Source of the DNA: Chiloscyllium plagiosum
Taxonomy: Eukaryota
DNA length: 61,361 bases
Reading direction: 5' to 3'
NCBI RefSeq assembly: GCF_004010195.1
Contig: NC_057718.1
Location: forward strand, 31,343-92,703
The notes beneath the pieces are model-generated. The model did no database searches and was not told where the DNA came from. It worked only from the letters and a program-made list of their open reading frames with translations. Below, piece by piece: positions 1-10,904 of the stretch. The position numbers were made by a program, and so were the translations under genes. Positions within the stretch are counted from its first letter, which is position 1. The number at the start of each line of letters is the position of its first letter.

Positions 1-1445
1 ATTGTTGCCATGTTCCTAACCTCCCTACACTCCAGGTTCTGCACCCTAAAGCTACAGTCTGGGTTCCCATGCCCCTGCAGAGTTAGTTTAAACTCCCCCC
101 AAGAGCACTAGCAAACCTCCCAACAAGGATACTGGTGCCCCTTAGGTTCAGGTGTAGACCATCCTGTTTAAATGGTCCCACCTTCCCCAGAAAGAACCCC
201 AGTTATCCAGATACCGGAATCCCTCCCTCCTGCACCATCCCTGTAGCCACGCATTTAACTGTTCTCTCTCCCTATTCCTCGACTCTCTATCACGTGGCAC
301 GGGTAACAAACCAGAGACAACAACTCTGTTCGTTCTAACTTTGAGCTTCCAACCTAGCTCCCTGAAAGCCTGCCTAACATCCTCAGCCCTCCTCCTACCT
401 ATGTTGTTGGTGCCAATGTGGATCACTACTTCGGGCTGCTCCCCCTCCCCCTTAAGGACCCGGAAAACACGATCAGAGACGTCAAGTACCCTTGCACCTG
501 GGAGGCAACATACCAAACGTGAGTCTCTCTCGCCTCCACAGAACCGCCTATCCGTGCCCTGAACTATCGAGTCCCCAATAACTATTGCTCTGCTCTTCTC
601 CACCCTTCCCTTCTGAGCAATGGGGAGAGGCTCCGTGCCAGAGGCCTGAACCCCACTGCTTACCCCTGGTAAGTCGTCCCCCCCACAAGTATCCAAAACG
701 ATATACTTGTTCTTGAGGGGAACCGCCGCAGGGGGTCCCTGCACTGGCTGCTTCCTCCCAGTCCCCCTCACTGTCACCCGTCTGTCTGCAATCTTTGGAG
801 TTACTACTTCCCTAAAGCTCCGGTCTATGACCCCCTCTTCCTCCCGAATGATCCTAAGTTCATCCAACTCCAGCTCCAGTTCCCTAACACGGTCTTGGAG
901 GAGCTGGAGATGGGTGCACTTCCTGCAAGTGTAATCAGCAGGGATGTCCATGGCATCCCTCACTTCAAACATGTTGCAAGAGGAACATTGCACTTCCTTC
1001 ACTGCCATCCCTCTAAAAGTAACCTTTTAAAAAAAAAACTAGGTCTAAAGAATTGAACAAGCAAAATGCAACACTTACCTACTTACCACAACGGGTCTTA
1101 TTATTAGGTTAGAGGAGGATGGAGGGTGGGAGGCACTACCTCTGTAGTGCCTCGGGTTCCTCTCCTGCGCGCTTTTATAAGCCTTCCGGGTTCGCTTAAA
1201 CTCAGCTGCTGCTCGCACTCAAAATGACCGTTGGCGTCGATGGGTGAGTATTTATACTCACTGCTTTCCTTCCCGGCTGCCCCTCTGGTCGTCGTCACTT
1301 CCCCCTGCTGCTCCCGCTCTTTCTGTGAAGAGAAAAATAAACACCGTTGCCCGCTACCGTTAAGTAATTTTAAAACAAACTGTCTCACCTTAGCTGTAGC
1401 CTTCCAGGATCGTTTAAACTCAGCTGCTGCTCGCACTCAAAAAAA
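1..1445 (-). mobile_element. 5' part of a CR1 LINE (5'UTR plus ORF1), continuing off the left edge of the window
   Basis: CpG-rich 5'UTR at ~1009-1445 with an internal ~45 bp repeat, followed by ORF1 on the minus strand. Confidence 0.9.
83..1008 (-). pseudogene. CR1 ORF1p (zinc finger, coiled coil, SGNH esterase) with one frameshift near 170
   Basis: CxxC...CxxC, LQDRVRELELELDEL, IVIGDSIV, CLPGARV and VIHIGTNN motifs. The DGLHLN...SLN* tail continues in another frame to a stop at 83-85. Confidence 0.88.
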
Positions 1446-1449
1446 ATAA

Positions 1450-3768
1450 GTAATAAGATATTGATCATGGAAAAGGTAGGGCCAATCAGAGATAGCGTAG
1501 GGAACTTGTGTGTGGAGTCTGAGCAGATGGGGAAGCCTTAAATGAATTTTTTGCTTCGGTTTTCACTTGGACCTTGTTGTGAATGAGAAATTTGAGGAGC
1601 TGGGATACAGGCCTGAAAAGATCAAAATTGATGAAGTTGATGTGCTGGAAATTTTGGAAAACATTAAGATTGATAAGTCCCCAGGGCCAGACCAGATTTA
1701 TCCGAGGCTGCTCCGGGAAGCGAGAAAGGAGGTTACCAAGCCGCTGGCGAGGATATTTGCCTCCTCAATCTCCACAGGAGTCGTACCGGAGGATTGGAAG
1801 GAGGCAAATGATGTTCCTCTTTTCAAGAAGGGGAATAGGGAAATCCCTGGCAATTACAGACCAGGCAGTCTTACGTCTGTGGTCAGCAAAGTTTGAAAAG
1901 AAATCTGAGGGATAGGATTTATGACTATTTGGAAAAGCATAGCGTGATTAAAGGCAGTCAGCATGGATTTGTGAGGGGAAGGTCATGCCTCACAAATCTT
2001 ATTGAGTTCTTCGAGGAAGTGACAGAATAGGTTGATGAAGGTCGAGCAGTAGATGTGGTGTATGCGGATATCAACAAGGCATTTGATAAGGTTCCCCATG
2101 CTAGACTCATTCATAAAGTCAGGAAGTATGGGATATGGGGAGATTTGGCTCTCTGGATTCAGAATTGGTTGGCTGACAGAAGGCAGAAAGTGATTGCAGA
2201 TGGAAAGTTTTCTGCCTGGAGGTCAGTGGTGAGTGGGGTTCTTGGGCCTCTGCTCTTTGTAGTTTTTATAAATGACTTGGATGAGGAGTTTGAGAGGTGG
2301 CTTAGTAAACTTGCAGATGTTAGAGGTGCCGTTGATAGTATCGAGGCTATCGCAGACTGCAGCATGACATAGACAGGATGCAGAGCTGGGCTGAGAAATG
2401 GCAGATGGAGTTCAACCTGGATAAATGCGAAGAGATGCATTTTGGAAGGTCGAACTCAAATGCTGAATATAGGATTAAAGACAGGATTCTTGGCAGTGTG
2501 GAGGAACAGAGGGACCTTGGTGTTCAAGTACATCTTTCCCTCAAACTTGCCATCCAAGTGGATAGGGCTGTTAAGAAAGCAAATGGTGTTTTGGCTTTCA
2601 TTAACAGGGGATCGAGTTTAAGTGCCGTGAGGTTTTCCTGCAGCTTGACAAGTTGCTGGTGAGACCACTTGGAATATTGTGCCCAGTTCTAGTCGCCCTA
2701 CTATAGGAAAGATACAAAGGCTTTGGAGAGGGTGAAAAGAAGGTTTACCAGGATGCTGCCTGGACTGGAGGGCTTGCCTTCTGAAGAAAGGTTGACTAAA
2801 CTCGGACTTTTCTCTCTGGAGAGAAGGAGGAAGAGAGGTGACCTCATCAAGGTGGATGAGCAGAGGGATCTTAGTGTCCATGTACACAAATCTTTGAAAG
2901 TTGCCACCCAGGTAAATAGTGCGGTGAAGAAGGCATATGGCGTACTGGCTTTTATTGGTAGAGGAATTGAGTCCCGGAGTNNNNNNNNNNNNNNNNNNNN
3001 NNNNNNNNNNNNNNNNNNNNNNNNNNNNNNNNNNNNNNNNNNNNNNNNNNNNNNNNNNNNNNNNNNNNNNNNNNNNNNNNNNNNNNNNNNNNNNNNNNNN
3101 NNNNNNNNNNNNNNNNNNNNNNNNNNNNNNNNNNNNNNNNNNNNNNNNNNNNNNNNNNNNNNNNNNGGTGCTAGGTATAGGACAGATGTTAGGTGTAGGT
3201 TCTTTACTCAGCGAGTCGTGAGATCATGGAATGCTCTGCCAGTAGCAGTGGTGGACTCTCCCTCATTATGGGCATTTAAGCGGGCATTGGATAGGCATAT
3301 GGAGGATAGTGGGCTAGTGTAGGTTAGGTGGGCTTGGATCGGCGCAACATCGAGGGCCGAAGGGCCTGTACTGCGCTGTATTCTTCTATGTTCTATGTTC
3401 TAAGGTATACAAGATAATTAGAGACATAGATAGAGTCAATAGCCAGAGACTTTTCCCCAGGGCAGGATTGACTGGTATGAGGGGTCATATTTTAAGATAT
3501 ACAGAGAAAGGTATAGAGGAGACGTCAGAGGAAGCTTCTTTACGCAGAGAGTTGTGAATGCATGGAATGCGTTGCCAGCAGTGGTGATGGAAGCAGAGAC
3601 ATTAGGGACATTTAAGTGACTGCTGGATGTGCACATGGATAGCAGTGAATTGAGGGGTGTGTAGGTTAGGTTATTTTATTTTACATTCGGATTAATCCTT
3701 GGCACAACATCATGGGCCAAAGGGTGTGTTCTGTGCTGTACTTTTCTATGCTCTATGTTGCATGTTCT
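1450..3768 (+). mobile_element. Decayed 5'-truncated CR1 LINE (RT region to 3' tail) with a nested CR1 insertion
   Basis: [39 protein letters not shown] motifs with stops and frameshifts; 3' tail ttctatgctctatg at ~3745-3765. Confidence 0.92.
2854..3401 (+). mobile_element. Younger CR1 3' fragment nested in an older CR1
   Basis: Ends in (TTCTATG)n at 3383-3401; aaggt duplicated at 2849-2853 and 3402-3406; the host CR1 resumes in register afterwards. Contains the N gap 2981-3166. Confidence 0.8.
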
Positions 3769-3769
3769 T

Positions 3770-6620
3770 TCCCACATTCTGTTCCAAAAATCCCATGAGG
3801 AATGTTGAGACTGGGGGATGGCTCAGTTCTTTCCTGGTGGACTCCAGAACCACTCAATCACCTGCACCTCCCTCAGCGGAACACACCTCGAGCTCTGAGA
3901 CAGTCCGAATCATGGGGGCTTCAGGAATACCCATGGTGGAACCACTGTCCCATCCCGTGCAGTTCAGCGTAGGACCAGACACGGTCCCACATGCTGCCAT
4001 CATCTCTGCCTCCTGTCCAGTTGCTCTCCTGGGTTGCCAGACGCTGTGCAAGTTAAATGTCAGCATCCATTGCTCCCCGCAAGGTCTCACACTCGAGATC
4101 CCTGAAGCAAACTATTCCAAGGTGCAGGCAGCCATCTCCCACAGCCCCAAGTCCTCCGACCAGGCACACTCCTGCTACACCTGGTTGCGCCCACCAGAAC
4201 TTACTCGCGTCCTTCTTGACCCTCTCCTCTCCCGGCTATCAACCACCCCTTCATCCTCCATGTTATCCTTCTTCCAGTGGGTGACATGGACAGGCCACTT
4301 TGTGCATCTTCTGACCCACAGGAACAGGCATCAGTATATGCTGCTATTGCAGACTCACATCTCGAGCTCACCTCCCCACTAAAGATCACTGGCAAGTACT
4401 TTGTTGGACTGCAGGGTGTTGCAGCAGAAGTGCAATTCAGCTCAGACCCCGTGGCTCCCCAAAAATCTAGGAACCATGATAGCACGGCTCATGCAACCAC
4501 CACTACATTTCACACCCCTTGAGCAAGACACAGACCCCTTAGTGGACAAGACGAGTTTTGTGCACACTGCGCTCCTGCATTGCTACAAGTTACTTTTACA
4601 AAAGGGAGCCCAGATGCAGCCCCCTCCTATGACAGCCCCCTCTATTAGCTGATCTCTCGAATCCACTGTGGGCACAGCACTGGAACCACACAGGCCAGGT
4701 GTTGTCCACCCCACCCCATACAGTTACACTCAGACAGGGAGCGTCCTACCGTCAACACGACAATATCTGTTATCACTCACAGCAGGAGAGAGGATCAAAC
4801 CAGTTATTGACTCACTTCTGCAACAGGGAGTCCAAGTGCCCACAACCAGTCTGAGCAACACGCCCATCTCACCTATCCCAAAGCCCGGAAGACCAGGCAT
4901 GAATGCTATCCTGACCAATATCCTCGGTCCACCACCTACTTCTCTGTAATCAACCTATGCTCAGCCTTCTTCTCCATTAAATTGTCCCCTGAAAGCCAAT
5001 ACCTTTTTGCTTTTATATGCGGCAGCTGCCAATATACATCAACCCGGCTTCCCCAAGGGTATATGGAGAGCCCCACAGTTTATGCTGCTGCAGTACCCTG
5101 CACCCTGTCCACCATCCACCTGCCATGCCACAGCATCCTCCTCCATAATGTGGATGATCTGCTATTGGCTGCTGCTCTGCTGCTCCATGTATGCAGGATA
5201 CGGTGACCTTGCTCCACTGTCGAGAAAATGCAGCTCTGTCAGCGAAAAGTCCAGGATCTGGGGTGTGACCTTTCACATGGCCTCAGAGCAATGTCCCGGG
5301 AGCAGTGGCTGCCAGTCCCCAACTTTCCCCCACCTGCCACAAAGACGCAACTGCAAGCTTTTCTGCGGATGGTAAACTACTGCAGGCATTGGACCTCTGA
5401 TCACCTTGTCATTGACGCACCTCTGTGGGATGCAACTTCTCCTGAACAGCCAGCCAAAGTGAAGTTGACACCCAAAATGGAATGGGCATTCACTGAACTG
5501 AAGCAACAACTAATCTCTGCTCCTGCTCTGCGAGTCCCAGATTACTCACAGCTCTTCTATCTTTATGTAACTGAGTCAGGGTTTGTGTCCGGCATCTTAA
5601 TGCAGCTTCATGGGGATCTCGGTCACCCTGTTGCCTTTTATTCTGTACATTTCCCACTTGTTGTGAGGAAATGCCGGCATGTTAGCGTGTGGTAGAAGCA
5701 GCTGCAGTGACAGTGGATAAGGCCACCCCCATTATGCTAGATCACTTATGTACTGTTTTGGTCCCACACTCGGTCTCCCAGCTGCTTAATTCAGCAGCAA
5801 CCCAACATTTTACTGCAACTCAGAGAACTGGCTATGAAATTGTTTTGCTATCTAAGGCAAATCTCTCCCTACAGCCTCAAACCCCACCACCCTCCTCCCG
5901 CTCGCCCAGTCTGATGCTGTGGATTACCATGACTGTTTAGACGTGGTTCAGCAGATCGCTACCCCATGTCGTGACCTGTCCGAGACACCTCTAGAAAACT
6001 CTGACCTGATACTTTTCACTCACGGCCCTTTGTTCCAGCCATCAGACCAATGCACATTAGCAGGATAGGCCATCTGTAACCCCTTCACCACCTTGGAATC
6101 AGCTGCATTACCAGATGGGGCATCCACAGAGGCTGCAGAGCTCTTTGCTCTCAACAGAGCCTTCATCCTGGCAAAGGGTAGTACAACCAACCTCTACACG
6201 ACCTCCTGAAGAAGGGCTAATGCCCGAAACATCGATTCTCCTGTTCCCTGGATACTGCCTGACCTGCTGCGCTTTTCCAGCAACACATTTTCAGCTCTGA
6301 TCTCCAGCATCTGCAGTCCTCACTTTCTCCTCTACACAGACTCCAGGTATGCCTTTGACACAATATGGAATCAGAAGGGGTTCCTCACCTGGGCAGGGAG
6401 ACCACTCCAACATGCTGCACTCATCACCAACCTCCGAGAAGCAGTCCTGCTACCCTTTGCTGTAGCAATTATAAAACGTGCCACCCACACGTCTGCCACC
6501 GATCCCGTCACCCAAAGGAACACCGCAGCTGATGCAACAGCCCGGGAAGCTGTACTACACCTGTCCACCAATGTCCTGCAGACCCCGGGTGGCAAAACCT
6601 CCAGACCTCCAGAGTAGGCA
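3770..6620 (+). mobile_element. Endogenous retrovirus pro-pol remnant, class I epsilon-like (protease, RT, connection, RNase H)
   Basis: FLVDSRT (protease site), LLGCQTLCKL, PLWAQH, NTPISPIPKPG, SQYLFAF, LPQGYMESP, HNVDDLL, QLQAFLRMVNYCRHW, GHPVAFYS, VPHSVSQLL...TGYEIVLL, AAELFAL, NLYT/DSRYAF, RNTAADATA. Many stops and frameshifts. Confidence 0.88.
6200..6328 (+). mobile_element. Short PLE-derived element with hammerhead motif, inserted in the ERV RNase H
   Basis: TSD cctctacac at 6191-6199 and 6329-6337; CTGAAGA-A-GGGC-TAAT-GCCC-GAAAC-ATC at 6206-6233. Confidence 0.85.
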
Positions 6621-6624
6621 TGTC

Positions 6625-9405
6625 CCTTTGAAAACAAGGGATAGGAAAGGCAAGATTCATGAACTGTGAATGACAGGAGAAATTGTGTGATTAACCCAAG
6701 AGGAAAAGGAAAGCGTACATAAGGTCCAGGCAGCTAAGAACAGAACAGGCCCCGGAGGAATATCGGGAGGATAGGACCAATCTTAAATGAGGAATCAAAA
6801 GAGTGAAAAGGGGTCATGAAATAACTTTAGTGAGCAGAATTAAGGAGAATCCCAAGTCATTTTATTCATATATATGGAGGGTAACTCGAGAAAGGATTGG
6901 TCCACTAAAGGATAATGAAGGAAGGTTGTGTGTCAAACCTGAGAAAATGGGTGAGATTCTCAATGATTACTTTGCATCACTGAGGAGAGGGACATGATGA
7001 ATGTTGAGATTAGAGATAGAAGTTTGATTACTCTGGATCACATTGACATAAGGAGGGAGGGTGTGTTGGGCAGGCTAAAGGATATTAAGGTGGACAAATC
7101 CCCAGGACCGGATGGGATCTATCCCAGGTTGCTGTGGGACATGAGAGAGGAAATAGCTGAGCCCCTGACAGGTATCTTTGTACCATCCTTCAACACAGGG
7201 GAGGTGCCGGAGAACTGGAGAGTTGCTAATATTGTCCCCCTGTTCAAGAAGAGTAGTAGGGATATTCTAAAAACTACAGACCAGAGAGCCTGACGTCAGT
7301 GGTGGGAAAGTTACTGGAGAAGGTACTGAGGGAACAGGATCTATTTATATTTGGAAGAGAATGGGCTTATCGTAATAGGCAACATGACTTTGTGTGGGGA
7401 AGATCGTGCCTTACCAACTTAATAGAGTGACCTTTGAGGAAGTGACCAAGTTGACAGATGAAGGAAGGGCTGTAGATGTCATATACATGGACTTTAGTAA
7501 AGCAGTTGATAAGGTTCCCCATGTACACTAATGAAGAAAGTGAAGTCACATAGTGTGCATGGTGTCCTAGCTAGGTGGATAAAGAACTGGATTAGTGGTG
7601 CTGGAAGAGCACAGCAGTTCAGGCAGCATCCGAGGACAGGCAAAATCTGAGGACAGGCCTGGTTGAGCAATAGGAGACAGAGAGTAGTGGTTGAAGGGAG
7701 TTTATCAAAATGGAGAAAGGTGCCCAGTGGTGTTCCACAGGGATCAGTGCTGGGGCCACTGTTGTTTGTGATATACATAAATGATCTGGAAGAGGGCATT
7801 GTTGGCATGATCATCAAGTTTGCAGAAAGACACGAAGATTGGTGGAGTAGCAGAAAGCATAAGGGACTGTCAAAGTATACAGGAGAATATAGATAGACTT
7901 AGAAAATTGGGTGGAGAAGTGGCAGATGGAGTTCAGTCCAGGCAAATGTGAGGTGATACATTTTGGGAAGTCTAATTCTACAGCGAACTATACTGTAAAC
8001 AGAAGAACCTTGAGAAAAGTTGATGAGCAGAGAGATCTGGGAGTTCAGGTCCATTGTACCCTGAAGGTTACTGCACAGGTGGATAGAGTGGTCAAGAAGG
8101 CACATGGTATGCTTGTCTTCATCGGAGTGGGTATTGAATGTAAGAGTTGGCAGGTCATGTTAAAATTGTACAAGACTTGGTTCGGCTGCATTTAAAATAC
8201 TGTGTACAGTTCTGGTCACCACATTATCAAAGGATGTGGATGCTTTGGAGAGGGTGCAGAGAAGGTTTACGTGGATGTTGCCTGGTATGGAAGGTGCTAG
8301 CTATGAAGAGAGGCTGAGTAGGTTAGGATTGCTTTCATTAGAAAAAAGGAGATTGAGGGGGCACCTGATTGAAGTGTATAAAATCATGAAGGGTATAGAC
8401 AGAGTAGATAGAGATAAGCTTTTTTTTTCAAAAATATACTTTATTCATAAATAATTTGATGGTCTGTACAATTGGTCATGCCATACGTATGTAAACATTT
8501 ACATACAGAGTTCAAAACTCATCATTTTTATACAGGTCTGTACATTTTTTGATCATATGCCCATATAATTAGCTGAGGCGTCAGCAGAGCCCAAATGACT
8601 GCATGGGCCCCCTTGTTCTTCGTTAGGCAGGCAGACTTTACACAGTGGTTTTTCCCCACCGCGCCTTGGCGGCAGCTGCCCCAAGCTTCAGCGCGTCCCT
8701 CAACACGTAGTCCTGGACCATGGAATGTGCCAGTCTGCAATACTCAGTCGGGGTCAACTTCTTCAGCTGAAAGATCAGCAGGTTTCGGACCATCCAGAGA
8801 GCGTCCTTCACCGAGTTGATGATCCTCCAGGCACAGTTGATGTTCGTCTCGGTGTGCGTCCCGGGGAACAGGCTGTAGAGCACGGAGTCCCGCATCACTG
8901 CGCCCAGGCCCATCCTTCGCAACACCGGGGACAGGTAGAACCTCAGTACGTAGTGACACTTGGTGTTTGCGTACCGGGGATCCATGCACAGCTTGATGCA
9001 GCCACACACAAAGGTGGCCATCAGGGTGAGGGTGGCATTGGGTGTATTTTTTCCCCCGTTGCCCAGAGTAGATAGAGATAAGCTTTTTCCCAGGATGAGG
9101 GATTCAATAATGAGAGGACACGCTTTGAAAGTGAGAGGAGAAAAGTTTCAGAGGGATACACGCAGAAAGTACTTTACACAGAGGGTGGTGGGTGCTTGGA
9201 ACGTGTTGCCAGGAGAGGTAGTAGAGGCAAGCACGGTAGATTCACTTAAGGTGTATCTGGACAGATGCATGAGTAGGTGGGGAGCAGAGGGATACAGATG
9301 CTTAGGAATTGGGCGATAGGTTTAGAAGGTGGAATTGGATTGGCTCAGGCTTGGAGGGACGAAGGGCCTGTTCCTGGGCTGTAAATGTTCTTTATTCTTT
9401 GTTCT
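6625..9405 (+). mobile_element. Decayed CR1 ORF2 and 3'UTR, interrupted by a short PLE fragment (~7590-7660) and a Tx1/L1 insertion
   Basis: [42 protein letters not shown] motifs; 3' tail ttctttattctttgttct at ~9388-9405. Confidence 0.92.
8420..9063 (-). mobile_element. Tx1/L1-clade LINE 3' fragment with poly(A) tail
   Basis: TSD of 20 bp or more, cagagtagatagagataagc, at 8400-8419 and 9064-9083; T-run at 8420-8428; C-terminal ORF2-like peptide (VKDALWMVRNLLIFQ...VQDYVLRD); internally deleted. Confidence 0.8.
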
Positions 9406-10900
9406 AACCCAAATCCTAACAGTAGCCCTGGCCTTAAGCATAAACCTAATCCTATACCTAAAACTAATCCAAGCTATAACCCCAAATCTAACTGTCACCA
9501 CCCATATCCCTAAACCCAAAATGACCCCAACCCTAACTCTAACTCTAAAGTCTAACCCTCAGACGAACCTTAACCAGAAATCTAACATTAACAGTAAAAC
9601 TAAACACTAACCCTAACACAAATACTATCCTTAAAACCAACCCTGACCTCTAAACCTCACCCTAACCTAAACCTAACCCTAGCCCTAACCTCTAACCCTC
9701 ACCCGAACCCAAAACTAACAATCTTGCATTGCCGAACCCTAACTGTAAAAAGAAAACTGACCTAACCCAAATCCTAAACCAAAAATTCCAAACTCACACA
9801 CCAACCTTCGCACAACCCACAACATAACACTTACCTTATGCCTAACACTCACGCTCACACTATACCGGACCCTGATATAATCCTAACACTAACTCGACCC
9901 TAACACTACCCTTAATCCTAACCCTAAGGCTAACTATAACCTTAACCCTCACCTTCACCTAATGCTAACACCAACCACAAAATTACCATCCCCTTCATCC
10001 TAACCCTAACTCTAAATCTAGAGATAATACTAATCCATAGCCAAACCCTACCCCTAAACCTCATCCTAACCCTAACCCTCAGTCTAACCCTAACCCTATC
10101 ACTCTAACCATCACCTTTACCCAAATCCTTATGGTAACCCTAAACCTAAACTTCATGCTAACCCTAAACCTAGCCAACATCCTAACCCTAAACATGACCC
10201 TAACTCTAACCATCACATTAACCATAACCTTCAAACTAACCAAATCATCACTCTCACCCTTACCCTTAACTTCACCCTCTCCCAAATCCTAACACTAATC
10301 CCTAAATAACCCTAACTCTAACCCTGAACTGAGCCTTAATGTGAACCATAACATTAAACTAACTCCAACCGTAAACCTAAATACACACCAACCTTAACTC
10401 TGACCTTAAACCTAACCCTAAACTTAACCTAACTGTACCCATCATACTAAACCTCACCCTAAGTCCTCAACCTAAGCCTACTCCTAACCCAAACTTTAAC
10501 CTTAACACTAACACTAAACTCTAATTATCATGCGAAACCTCATATTAACCATAATCCTAAACCCTAACTTTACCCCAACCTAACCCTAAACCCAAAATCT
10601 TAACCCCTAACCCAAAGCCTAACCCTAATCTCCAAACCCTATCATAAATCTGATATTCACCCCAATTTTATTGCCCACCCTATTCCTTTCCCTTACCCTT
10701 AACCCTAATCCTTACCATCACCATCACCTGACCCTTGCCCTAAACCCAACCCAAAGCCTTACCTTGACACTAACCCTGATACTCACCCTAATCCTGACTC
10801 TAACCCTGACCCTGGCCCTAACTCTAACGCTCACCCTGAATCGCACCCTTATCCTAACCCTAATCTTAGCCAAATCCCTTCCACTTTCCCTACCCTAACT
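9405..10900. repeat. Degenerate telomere-like hexamer array (CCCTAA)n, interstitial
   Basis: About 1.5 kb of CCCTAA and variants (CTCTAA, CACTAA, CCTAAA, CCCTCA, CCCTTA); G is nearly absent from the + strand. Confidence 0.9.
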
Positions 10901-10904
10901 GTAA

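Noticed and set aside
10079..10898. Low-complexity ORFs (LTLTLT, VRVRV)
   Set aside because: Translation artefacts of the hexamer array.
9405..10900. CRISPR array or true chromosome end
   Set aside because: Eukaryotic DNA with no repeat-spacer structure; the array is degenerate and flanked by TEs on both sides.
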